A stretch of 32,000 nucleotides of DNA from Geotalea uraniireducens Rf4 (GTDB taxonomy: Bacteria; Desulfobacterota; Desulfuromonadia; Geobacterales; Geobacteraceae): positions 450,001 through 482,000 of the forward strand of contig NC_009483.1 in NCBI RefSeq assembly GCF_000016745.1, given 5' to 3'. Made by a program: the position numbers and the translations under genes. Each line of letters opens with the position of its first letter. The stretch's first letter is position 1. Under the pieces are notes generated by a model, which worked only from the letters and a program-made list of their open reading frames with translations, had not been told where the DNA came from and did not search any database. Below are positions 23,857 through 31,781 of the stretch, one piece after another.

Positions 23857-25875
23857 TCAGGGGCAATACCCATACTTGTGGCACCTGTCGCATTCGATCT
23901 CATAGTAATACCGGTACGGCGTCCCCCATTTTACCGAGGTTTGCCCCTTATGACAAGAGACGTTGGAGCAGGTTTTTGTTGACGGATCGTATGTCGCTGA
24001 GGATAGGCTGTAAGGTGTATTGTATGGGAAGTTGTTGACCTTGTCGAATGCCACATCGACCGTGCCGTTGACATGTTTTGCGAAATTGGCGACGGGGACA
24101 TCGCCAAGGGTTGCCACGTACTTCGCGTCACGCGTCCAGCTATTGATGGTTTTTACCGTATCGTTGTGGCAGTAGCTGCAACTGATCGGGTCGAATTGCA
24201 TGTTGTAGTTATGCAGGTTCTCGTAGCCTTCGCCATCGATCCATGCGTGGCTGTTGCCCGATCCGCCGTCATTGGCCGGCAGGGATGAGCGTGGCGCCAG
24301 GCCATGGCAGCCCGAACAGGAGAGCGGCCCGGATTCCCAGGTCATGCTCCTGTACACCCTCGCAGTTTCAAGATTGGGGGGGATGTACGATGAGCAGTCG
24401 CTTGACTGCGGCACCCCTCCCGGTGTTGTCCAGTCGTTGTAACTGTGGCAATAGATGTTGTTGCAGGCGCCTTTGGTGTAACCGAAGCCCCTGCTGTCAA
24501 TAAGAATATCCGTTCCGGGAGTGTACGAGGCGGTCGCGGGATTTCTCTTTTTGAGCGAACCTTCCGGCGCCGCCGGATTGTACAGTTCTACCTCCACCGC
24601 CCCGTTCCGGTGCCTTGACGTGTCCATGGGATGGCAGTTGCCGCAGTTCATGATGTATGCGGGGGCATTGGCGCTGAAGTCCTGGGCGATCCGCACATCT
24701 CCGTATGCCGCGTTAGCCAGCGTCCCGCCAAAATGCTTCAGGTGCGCCGGGGTCGTCGGCGGGCTGTCATGGCAGGCATCGCAGGCGAGGGTGGTCCCCC
24801 ATTGCCGGCTTGCGTTGTTGAAATGACAGCCGACATTAGTGCAGGTTCCGCCGGTTGAAGAGTAGCCGTAACCGGTGAATAGTTCCGGTGAAGCGGGGCT
24901 GACATCATATGCGCCGTTGGCGTGAACAGCAGGGTTTGTGATGGTGAGGCCGTCGGAGGTCGTGCCGGCATGGCATTTGTTGCAGCTCCACGGGGCATGT
25001 TCGGGGACCTGATGGCTGTTTGCCTTGATGCCGGCTGCATAAGCGGGGGGGACGCTATGGCAACTGCCGCATGTCTGCGTTGTTCCCCATTGTGCGGAGG
25101 CATTGGCAGGTACAACGCCGGTTGCCACCGACGATCCGTCGCTGTGGCAGTAAGTGTTGACGCAGTTGCCGAATGTCTTCGACTGGCTGGGGAGGTAGTT
25201 GTCCAACGGCCCGCTGTAGCTCCCGGCAGGGACATCCGCCGGGTCGCGGGGCGTAACGACCAGATTCCTTCCGACGCTGGTGGCGTGGGAAAATGTGCTG
25301 TGATCGGCGTGGCATTTTTTACAGTTGTCGACGCCGCCATAATAGTCGTTGTGTCGGGTATGACTGCCCGCGTTGCCGGTCTCGCCGCCGGAGGGCGGTG
25401 TACCGTGACAGGCATTGCAGTCTGCGGGATATGCCAGGCGCGGCCCGCCCCAAACAGGCGTAATCCGCTCGAAATGGCAGTTGACGTTGGTACAGGTGCC
25501 CAGAATCGGGTTGGCGGTCTGGAGAAAGGCGGAGGTAGCGTTTTTGTACTGAGCCTCCAGCGGCGAGGCGTTGATGTTGGCGGACAGCTTGATCAGCCCG
25601 TCACGATGGGCCGAGCTGAAGGAGGCGCTGCCGGGGTGACATCTGGCGCACTCGGAAAAATCCGTGCTTTTGTCCACATGGGCGCGATGATTCCCTTCGA
25701 AGCCGCCGCTTGTGATGTTGCGATAAGGGGCATCGACGGGGCGGTAATCGTGCGAATCCTTGCTGCCATGGCATTCATAGCATTGGATCGCCGCCTCTGC
25801 CGTTATCGATATGCAGACCAGCCAGACCGTTAATAAGAATATCGAAACCATTTTTCGCCGACAATGATTATTCAA
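23857..25875 (-). CDS. large multihaem c-type cytochrome (about 16 haem sites) built from CxxxxCH...CxxCH modules
   Basis: Signal peptide. 11 CxxCH sites: CYECH, CARCH, CNACH, CKKCH, CGSCH, CNKCH, CDACH, CGNCH, CSGCH, CSYCH, CDRCH. 5 CxxxxCH sites: CTNVNCH, CVNTYCH, CTNVGCH, CNNIYCH, CSNVSCH. Confidence 0.9.
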   Translation of the reverse strand: MNNHCRRKMVSIFLLTVWLVCISITAEAAIQCYECHGSKDSHDYRPVDAPYRNITSGGFEGNHRAHVDKSTDFSECARCHPGSASFSSAHRDGLIKLSANINASPLEAQYKNATSAFLQTANPILGTCTNVNCHFERITPVWGGPRLAYPADCNACHGTPPSGGETGNAGSHTRHNDYYGGVDNCKKCHADHSTFSHATSVGRNLVVTPRDPADVPAGSYSGPLDNYLPSQSKTFGNCVNTYCHSDGSSVATGVVPANASAQWGTTQTCGSCHSVPPAYAAGIKANSHQVPEHAPWSCNKCHAGTTSDGLTITNPAVHANGAYDVSPASPELFTGYGYSSTGGTCTNVGCHFNNASRQWGTTLACDACHDSPPTTPAHLKHFGGTLANAAYGDVRIAQDFSANAPAYIMNCGNCHPMDTSRHRNGAVEVELYNPAAPEGSLKKRNPATASYTPGTDILIDSRGFGYTKGACNNIYCHSYNDWTTPGGVPQSSDCSSYIPPNLETARVYRSMTWESGPLSCSGCHGLAPRSSLPANDGGSGNSHAWIDGEGYENLHNYNMQFDPISCSYCHNDTVKTINSWTRDAKYVATLGDVPVANFAKHVNGTVDVAFDKVNNFPYNTPYSLSSATYDPSTKTCSNVSCHKGQTSVKWGTPYRYYYEIECDRCHKYGYCP

Positions 25876-26133
25876 GCGTTCCTCCTTGCACCCTGTCCGC
25901 CGGATTCCTGTAGCAGATAACTACCCGTCAAATCACTGCATTTAGACAAAATACCGTTCAAATAACCATTATTGAGATTTTCCATTACTTGTTAATTGCC
26001 TTTAATGGCGGAATGATTGATAAGTACTTCAAAGTATGCAATTTCTTCGCCTTAAATAGCAGTTTATGCGAATTGGATACGGAAAAGAAAGGTATGTATG
26101 AAGAGTGCAATGCAAGATCGAAAAAACCTGTCT

Positions 26134-26204
26134 TAACGCAGAGACGCAAAGGCGCAGAGATTTTTGTGAAGTGTCTTTCTTTGCGTCTCTGCGGCTCTGC
26201 GTTA
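26134..26204. repeat. intergenic hairpin repeat made of CGCAGAG / ACGCAAAG modules
   Basis: TAACGCAGAGACGCAAAGGCGCAGAG ... CTTTGCGTCTCTGCGGCTCTGCGTTA, with the inverted modules shuffled between the two arms. Confidence 0.5.
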
Positions 26205-26402
26205 CATTCAGCATTTGTTTGGGGTGTAGTTCCGATTGGATAAGCAAGGTATGTGGCAGATAATCGACAGACAATGCGCGCGATTGCTCCTGTCGATTGC
26301 GCCTTGATTTATCACCTCTATCCGGCTAAAGTGTGATGTGTGTGAGGCATTCGTCTTTCGCGGTGCGAGTGCCTCCTGCAATCTAAGCAACCCGGTGACC
26401 CA

Positions 26403-27254
26403 ATGAAGATTACCCGCCGTCCCGAATGGCTCCAGAAAAAGATTTCGCCGTCGGCCCATGCCGAGATGGAACGGCTCCTGGGAGACCTGCAACTGCATAC
26501 CGTCTGCCAGGAGGCCCACTGTCCGAACATTTCCGAATGCTTTCGTAGCCGCCAGGCAACCTTTCTCATCCTCGGCAATATCTGTACCCGTCTCTGCTCT
26601 TTCTGCAACGTGACCAAGCAGTCGCCCCACCATTTCGATCCTGATGAACCTGCACGGGTCGCAGCCGCGGTGCAGAAACTTCAGCTTTCCCATGTGGTCA
26701 TCACCAGCCCGACCCGCGACGACCTGCCGGACGGCGGCGCCGGCCTTTATGCGCAAACCGTTACAGCGATCCGCAAGGCAGCGCCGCAAACCGCCATTGA
26801 ACTCCTGATCCCGGACTTCATGGGGGATCACGGCAGCATTGCCGCGGTTGTCGCTGCCTGCCCCGACATCAGCGGCCACAACCTGGAAACGGTGCCGCGT
26901 CTCTATCACATCCGGTCCGGCGCCGACTACCGGCGGTCGCTGGATGTGCTGAAGATCATCCACGATCTTGACCCGCGGCTTCTGACGAAATCGGGGCTCA
27001 TGCTCGGCCTGGGGGAGACGGAAGTCGAGATCTTTCAGGTCCTGGACGATCTGCTGGCGGTGGGGTGCTCCTACCTTAGTCTCGGCCAGTACCTCGCCCC
27101 GAGCCGGAGCCACTATCCGGTACAGGGTTACGTGCCGCCGGAAATCTTCGACAACTACCGGGAGAGAGCCCTTGCCATGGGCTTCAAGCATGTGGAGAGC
27201 GGGCCTTATGTGCGCAGTTCCTATCATGCTGAACAGTACGGAATGAAAGGCTGA
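26403..27254 (+). CDS. lipA: lipoyl synthase
   Basis: Motifs: CQEAHCPNISEC, the radical-SAM CTRLCSFC (Cx3Cx2C), and the C-terminal YVRSSYHA. 283 aa. Confidence 0.95.
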   Translation: MKITRRPEWLQKKISPSAHAEMERLLGDLQLHTVCQEAHCPNISECFRSRQATFLILGNICTRLCSFCNVTKQSPHHFDPDEPARVAAAVQKLQLSHVVITSPTRDDLPDGGAGLYAQTVTAIRKAAPQTAIELLIPDFMGDHGSIAAVVAACPDISGHNLETVPRLYHIRSGADYRRSLDVLKIIHDLDPRLLTKSGLMLGLGETEVEIFQVLDDLLAVGCSYLSLGQYLAPSRSHYPVQGYVPPEIFDNYRERALAMGFKHVESGPYVRSSYHAEQYGMKG

Positions 27255-27363
27255 CTTTCGCTGTCCGTGGCATGGGACATGCAGGTTTCCCTGTTGCCCC
27301 TGCAAACGAGATTTGCTGAAAAATGGAAATACGCGCACGACAGTGTTAAGCCGGCGCAAATGG

Positions 27364-27960
27364 ATGACAAACGGTATGAAAAATTTACTTAGTTCTACGA
27401 AATATCTTCTTTTCCTGGCAATAACTTTTCTGGGATTATTGCCGCAGGTTTCTTATGCGGCACGGCAATCGCCGGTAGACGGCGGGGTGGTAACGTCAGG
27501 TGTCGGCTGGCGGCTCGATCCGTTCGGCAGCGGCAGGATGGTCTATCATAACGGTTACGACATCGCAGTGCCGCTCGGGACGCCTGTCTATCCGACCCAG
27601 GCCGGCAAGGTTTATTTTGCCGGGCCGTACAAGGGGTACGGCAATCTGGTTGCAGTCGATCACGGCAACGGCTATGTGACCTTCTATGGTCACAACTCCG
27701 TCGTGAAGGTCACCGTCGGGCAATCCGTGGATACGAATACGGTGATCGCCCTGGCAGGAAGCACCGGCAGGTCCACCGGTCCCCACGTGCATTACGAGGT
27801 CAGGCAGCTGCCGGGGTATGAGAAGCAGAGGCGCGTACAGCTGGAAACGAAGTTGAAGGATGTGTTGAAGGAAAAGGTGGATGGTTGGGTTGAAAACTAC
27901 GTTGCCGGCAAGGGTGGTCCCGATCCGGAAAATATCCTCCCCGAAGACCTCAACGAGTAG
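27364..27960 (+). CDS. M23 (LytM) family metallopeptidase, secreted
   Basis: Motifs HNGYD (HxxxD), GSTGRSTGPHVHYEV (HxH) and YGNLVAVDHGNGYVTFYGH. The N-terminus is signal-like (LLFLAITFLGLLPQVSYA). The start could be 27364 or 27376; the longest ORF starts at 27313. Confidence 0.85.
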   Translation: MTNGMKNLLSSTKYLLFLAITFLGLLPQVSYAARQSPVDGGVVTSGVGWRLDPFGSGRMVYHNGYDIAVPLGTPVYPTQAGKVYFAGPYKGYGNLVAVDHGNGYVTFYGHNSVVKVTVGQSVDTNTVIALAGSTGRSTGPHVHYEVRQLPGYEKQRRVQLETKLKDVLKEKVDGWVENYVAGKGGPDPENILPEDLNE

Positions 27961-27983
27961 GTTGCAGCTGTATCAGCCGGTAA

Positions 27984-28406
27984 TCATCTGCATTTTGTCT
28001 TGTTATCCGCCCGCAATTTGACCAACGGGACCAATTCCCGGTCCAGTTCGGCCATCCGTTCAGGACCAAGCCTTTCAAGTTCTTTTCTCAACCGTTCGCT
28101 CTCCTTGATCAGTCCGGCCACATCAACCGTCTGGCAGACCGGCGCCACATGGCGCAGCAGCTTGACGCCGGTCTCCAGCAGCAACACCGCCCCCCGGTAA
28201 TTCCCTTCCCGCCAGTGGTGGAGAGCCACCCCTATCTGGAGAATCCCCTGGTACAGGTCGCGTACTCCCCACGGCGCCCCGACCCAGAGATCTTCCAAAG
28301 TCTCGTGGCAGGCAAACCATTCCCCTGCGTTGAATTCCCCGATGCCTTGAATCAATTGCTCCGGTGGCGCCTGGCGGCAATCATCCGTCGACTTGGTGAC
28401 GTTCAT
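27984..28406 (-). CDS. DUF309 domain protein
   Basis: FNAGEWFACHETLEDLW...LYQGILQIGVALHHWREGNYRGAVLLL matches the DUF309 pattern as I recall it. Confidence 0.75.
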   Translation of the reverse strand: MNVTKSTDDCRQAPPEQLIQGIGEFNAGEWFACHETLEDLWVGAPWGVRDLYQGILQIGVALHHWREGNYRGAVLLLETGVKLLRHVAPVCQTVDVAGLIKESERLRKELERLGPERMAELDRELVPLVKLRADNKTKCR

Positions 28407-28420
28407 GGTCTTCTCTCCGG

Positions 28421-28798
28421 TTAGCCCAGCAACTCATGTTTCACAGTCTCATCGATGAGACTATCTTCTATCGCTTCCCTCGCCCACGGTTCCGTGCAGC
28501 GGGCAATCACCCGCGCCGCACCCTCGGCGACCGCCGGGATGGGGCTCCAGAGGGCGTTGCGGATGGCGCGCAGTTCATGGTCCCGGACCTTCTTCCCCTC
28601 GGCCAGCTCCCGGCAGCTGCCGCAGAGGAGCGCCAGGTTTTCCTCGGTAGGCTCCGCATCGGGGCGGTAGTCCCACGGTCGCAGGTCGCCTTTGCCTTCG
28701 CACCATTCGCAGGAGAATTTCGCCCGCTTGGCCAGCGCCTTGCCGAATTCGGCAATCGCCTCCTGCCGTTCCCTGTTTGCCTGGTAACCCTTCGCCAT
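28421..28798 (-). CDS. PhnA-like zinc-ribbon protein (CxxC...CxxC)
   Basis: SCEWCEG...LALLCGSCRE...LRAIRNALWSPIPAVAEGAARVI resembles the short PhnA-domain family, from memory. It appears co-oriented and co-transcribed with the DUF309 gene. Confidence 0.6.
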   Translation of the reverse strand: MAKGYQANRERQEAIAEFGKALAKRAKFSCEWCEGKGDLRPWDYRPDAEPTEENLALLCGSCRELAEGKKVRDHELRAIRNALWSPIPAVAEGAARVIARCTEPWAREAIEDSLIDETVKHELLG

Positions 28799-28893
28799 AT
28801 TATCTCCTTACACTTTTCAAATCTATTCGCATTCTATTAAACCATGAAAAAAGGATAATGTGAAGCGGCTACCCGGCAGATCAAAAAAATAGT

Positions 28894-29003
28894 CCCCCCT
28901 CCCCCTTCGATGGGGGAGGGATGGGGTGGGGGTGCAAAACAGTGATTCTTCGATATTCATATTCACCCTTCCCCTAGCCCCCTCCCATCGAAGGGAGGGG
29001 GGA
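28894..29003. repeat. two inverted copies of the G/C-tract hairpin repeat flanking an AT-rich spacer
   Basis: CCCCCCTCCCCCTTCGATGGGGGAGGGATGGGGTGGGGGTG (28894-28934) and CACCCTTCCCCTAGCCCCCTCCCATCGAAGGGAGGGGGGATC (about 28964-29003). Same family as 23295-23350. Confidence 0.65.
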
Positions 29004-29199
29004 TCATTTGGGGTCATCTGACGCTTTTTGCATAAATCAACGCACTATTCATGCAACCTGAGCTGTGTTTTTGTTCTGCAAAAGTTGAGTCTTTATCTTT
29101 AGTTTTTGCACGCCATGTCGATAAGATAGCTTGCGGGAACGTATTTTTGCGGGTGTCGTTTGAATGCGGATTGTTAATGATTGACCAGGAGAAATCGTC

Positions 29200-29862
29200 A
29201 TGAAACTTGACAGGATGGTTGTCAAAAGGTTTGAAGATCTGGCGGCAAAGGCAAAGGAGGTGGAAGCGACCGTCCTTATCAACGACACCTCGGCCGTTGT
29301 CGATTCGAACAAATTCCAGGAATGGGCGACAGAAGCCATGAATCTCCTGCAGCGGGTGTTCGGCGAGGAGAGTGTCCATTATCATAACTTTGATGTCATT
29401 TATTCCAAGATCATCAATATCGCCTACCTGGAGAGCTTCAGTACCTGCAAAGGTATCCTCAAGGCGGCGCAGGAAGACTATGAAGGGGGCAACACCTTTG
29501 AACTGCACGATCATCTCCATGAAGCCGTCCTGAAATATGTCTCTAACCAGGCATCGGAACTGCTCCGGTCAGGGCAAAAGGAGGCCGCCTGCATTTTATC
29601 CGTCGTCGCTCTGGAATCGGCACTGAAAGAGTTGTGCGAGCGGGCGGGCATTCCCCGGGGAAGCCATGAAGAGATGAACAAAGGTCTTTACAAGGCGGGC
29701 GTCTATACCATCGGCACGCAACAGCGGGTCAGCGACTGGGGCTGCATCAGGGATGATGTCCTGCGCGGCTTGAGCGACCAGTATTCTATCTCCGACGTCG
29801 ATGTAATGTTGAAAGGGATCGAGCGCTTTATGGCCAAGCATCTGACCGATGCTTCTGCCTAA
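29200..29862 (+). CDS. hypothetical protein; the C-terminal half is DUF4145/HEPN-like but lacks the His of Rx4-6H
   Basis: RBS AGGAGA 7 nt before the ATG. The C-terminal pattern reads EAACILSVVALESALKELCERAGI...LYKAGVYT...WGCIRDDVLRG...ISDVDVMLKGIERFM. GC is moderately lower than the flanks. Its end overlaps the ctaB stop by 4 nt (convergent genes). Confidence 0.65.
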   Translation: MKLDRMVVKRFEDLAAKAKEVEATVLINDTSAVVDSNKFQEWATEAMNLLQRVFGEESVHYHNFDVIYSKIINIAYLESFSTCKGILKAAQEDYEGGNTFELHDHLHEAVLKYVSNQASELLRSGQKEAACILSVVALESALKELCERAGIPRGSHEEMNKGLYKAGVYTIGTQQRVSDWGCIRDDVLRGLSDQYSISDVDVMLKGIERFMAKHLTDASA

Positions 29863-30638
29863 GGCCGGGAGCAGATGTCGATGATGACGGCCGATAGCAA
29901 ACCGAGCAGGTAAAAGATGGAGGCTTGAAAGGCCCGCTGGAAGCGGCGGTTTTTTACCAGGTAGAGATAACAGCTGAAAAGGTTGAAAAAGCCGAGGCAA
30001 AGTGCTTCGATGGCGAACCGGGCGGAACAGGCGCCGGTGAACCAGAGGGCCAGTGACGCGGGCAACAGCAGGGCGGCGAAGACAAAGATGCACACTTTCG
30101 TATACGCCTCTCCCCGGACCAGGGGCAGTGTCGGTACGCCTGCCCGCCGGTAATCGTCCTGGTGCTTGAGGGCCAGGGCCCAGAAATGGGGCGGCTGCCA
30201 GAGGAGCATGACGAGAAACAGGATCAGGGGTGCGCTGCTGATGGTACCGCTGACGGCACTGGCGCCGACGAGAACCGGCAGCGCCCCGGGAATCCCCCCG
30301 GGCACGACTCCCCAGGGAGAGCGACGCTTGAACCAGAGCGTATAGAGGGGCGTGTAAGAGAATATTGCCAGGAGGATCAGGGCCGTTGTCAGCCGGGGGA
30401 GGAACGTTATGCTGAGCGCCAGCGCGGCGAACAGCATTCCCGCCGCGGCTACCGTTGCTCGCTGCGCTCCAATGCGCTCAAGCGAGGCAACCCGTCTATG
30501 CAGCCGCGCCATCCGGGCATCCAGCTTTGCATCCAGGACGCCATTAATCATGGCAGCAGCGGCGGCGGCCAAAAGCAGCGCGGTCAGGCAGATCAGGCAC
30601 TCTTTTGTTCCGGGCATGCCCCTTCCAGCCAGGACCAT
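29859..30638 (-). CDS. ctaB: protohaem IX farnesyltransferase (haem O synthase, UbiA family); the N-terminus is probably truncated by annotation or a frameshift
   Basis: Motifs LLWQPPHFWALAL, GVPTLPLV, FKRRSPWGVVPGGIPGA and NGVLDAKLDARM. Homology continues upstream of the ATG at 30638 (FFVLTKPGIVAAATLAGFTG) with no in-frame start codon. Confidence 0.85.
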   Translation of the reverse strand: MVLAGRGMPGTKECLICLTALLLAAAAAAMINGVLDAKLDARMARLHRRVASLERIGAQRATVAAAGMLFAALALSITFLPRLTTALILLAIFSYTPLYTLWFKRRSPWGVVPGGIPGALPVLVGASAVSGTISSAPLILFLVMLLWQPPHFWALALKHQDDYRRAGVPTLPLVRGEAYTKVCIFVFAALLLPASLALWFTGACSARFAIEALCLGFFNLFSCYLYLVKNRRFQRAFQASIFYLLGLLSAVIIDICSRP

Positions 30639-30791
30639 GCCGGTAAATCCCGCCAGGGTCGCTGCTGCGACAATTCCCGGCTTGGTCAGGACGAAAAAGG
30701 CTGCACACCATCCGGCTTTCCTCTCTGCACAACCGCTCCCCGCATTTTCCCCTGTTTCCGCTATAAGGTCGATAATGCACCCCCCTTGATT

Positions 30792-31652
30792 TCATCCTTG
30801 ATTTGAAATTGTAATTACTTCACGCGCCCACATCCAGACCAGCGCCGAGAGCATGGCCAGCGCAACCGCCAGGTGCAGGGCCGTTGCCGCGAAGTTGAGC
30901 CCGGATTGCACAACTCCCGCTCCTACGCCGATCTGCAGGATTCCGGTTATGACGAGGAAGAGGGCCGGCTTGCGCTGCCTGCGGAGGCGTTCGTCCATCA
31001 AGGCGGCGATGTAGAGGATGGCCGTTGTGATGAGGATGAGATAGGCCAGCAGCCGGTGGGAAAAATGGATACGCATCGGCCCATCCAGAAGCGGCGGCAG
31101 CCAGTGCCCCAGGCAGGTGGGAAAGTCGGGGCAGGCGAGCCCTGCCTGGGCATGGCGCACGTATGCGCCGAGGGCTGCCTGGGAGAATATCAGTGCCCCC
31201 AGACCGAAAAAGAGCAGCGCATATCCTTTGAGGCTGAAGCCTGCCGGTTCCTTTTCTCCGTCAAATGCGGCCATGTAGAGGACGGAGATAAAGACCAGCA
31301 GGCCGGTCACGAAGTGGATGGTGGTGAGCTGCAGCGGCAGTTCCAGGAGAACGGCAAATCCGCCGATGACGATCTCCGCTGCGACGAGACCGACGGCTGC
31401 CAGGGGGACCGCTTTTGCCGCTCCATGGTAGCTCCTGAAGCGAACGTAACCCAAGGCCAGGAGAAAAACGGTTGCAGTGGCGGCGATCACCCGGTGCATG
31501 AATTCCATCCAGATGTCCAGCCGGAACGGTGGGAGCAGCCGCCCCTGGCAGAGAGGCCAGTCCGGGCAGGCCATGCCCGCCTTCATTCCGGCAACCAGGT
31601 TGCCCCAGATCAGGAGCAGAAAAAAGAGTGCAACGGTGATACGACCGAGCAT
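30792..31652 (-). CDS. ctaA: haem A synthase (COX15/CtaA family)
   Basis: Paired Cys motifs CPDWPLC and CPDFPTC, His residues in TM helices (FMHRV, IHFVTG, HFSHRLLAY), and 8 hydrophobic segments. RBS AAGGAGG 5 nt before the ATG. Confidence 0.9.
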   Translation of the reverse strand: MLGRITVALFFLLLIWGNLVAGMKAGMACPDWPLCQGRLLPPFRLDIWMEFMHRVIAATATVFLLALGYVRFRSYHGAAKAVPLAAVGLVAAEIVIGGFAVLLELPLQLTTIHFVTGLLVFISVLYMAAFDGEKEPAGFSLKGYALLFFGLGALIFSQAALGAYVRHAQAGLACPDFPTCLGHWLPPLLDGPMRIHFSHRLLAYLILITTAILYIAALMDERLRRQRKPALFLVITGILQIGVGAGVVQSGLNFAATALHLAVALAMLSALVWMWAREVITISNQG

Positions 31653-31668
31653 GGAAACCTCCTTGAAA

Positions 31669-31780
31669 GCTGTTCTACGTTCGAGGTTCTATGTTCTACG
31701 TTGAAAACCTCAAACCGTAACCTCGAACCTCGAACCTCGAACCTCGAACCTTGAACGTAGAACGTAGAACGTAGAACAGC
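31669..31780. repeat. heptanucleotide tandem-repeat block forming a long hairpin: (CCTCGAA)4-CCTTGAA-(CGTAGAA)3 opposite TTCTACG/TTCGAGG units
   Basis: Units read directly at 31721-31776. GCTGTTCTACGTTC (31669-31682) is the perfect complement of GAACGTAGAACAGC (31767-31780). Confidence 0.85.
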
Positions 31781-31781
31781 C

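Noticed and set aside
24738-25833. ORFs 24738..25415 (-, other frame) and 24922..25833 (+) within the large cytochrome gene
   Set aside because: The frame with 16 haem-binding motifs and a signal peptide is clearly the real one.
26208-27359. 383-aa minus-strand ORF overlapping lipA
   Set aside because: lipA on the plus strand carries the radical-SAM Cx3Cx2C and other LipA motifs. The antisense ORF has no recognisable features.
29014-29520. 168-aa minus-strand ORF overlapping the start of 29200..29862
   Set aside because: The plus-strand ORF has a good AGGAGA RBS and a longer coherent helical pattern. The minus ORF lacks an RBS and would run into the repeat element.
30792-30794. The TGA between ctaA and the ctaB frame as a selenocysteine codon
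   Set aside because: No convincing SECIS-like hairpin follows it. No Cys is expected at a domain junction, and a coupled ATGA start with a nearby homopolymer offers a simpler explanation.
30162-31754. Plus-strand ORFs 30162..30806 and 30873..31754
   Set aside because: They are antisense to ctaB and ctaA, which have family motifs and hydrophobic TM patterns. These ORFs are charged, Gly/Arg-rich shadow frames.
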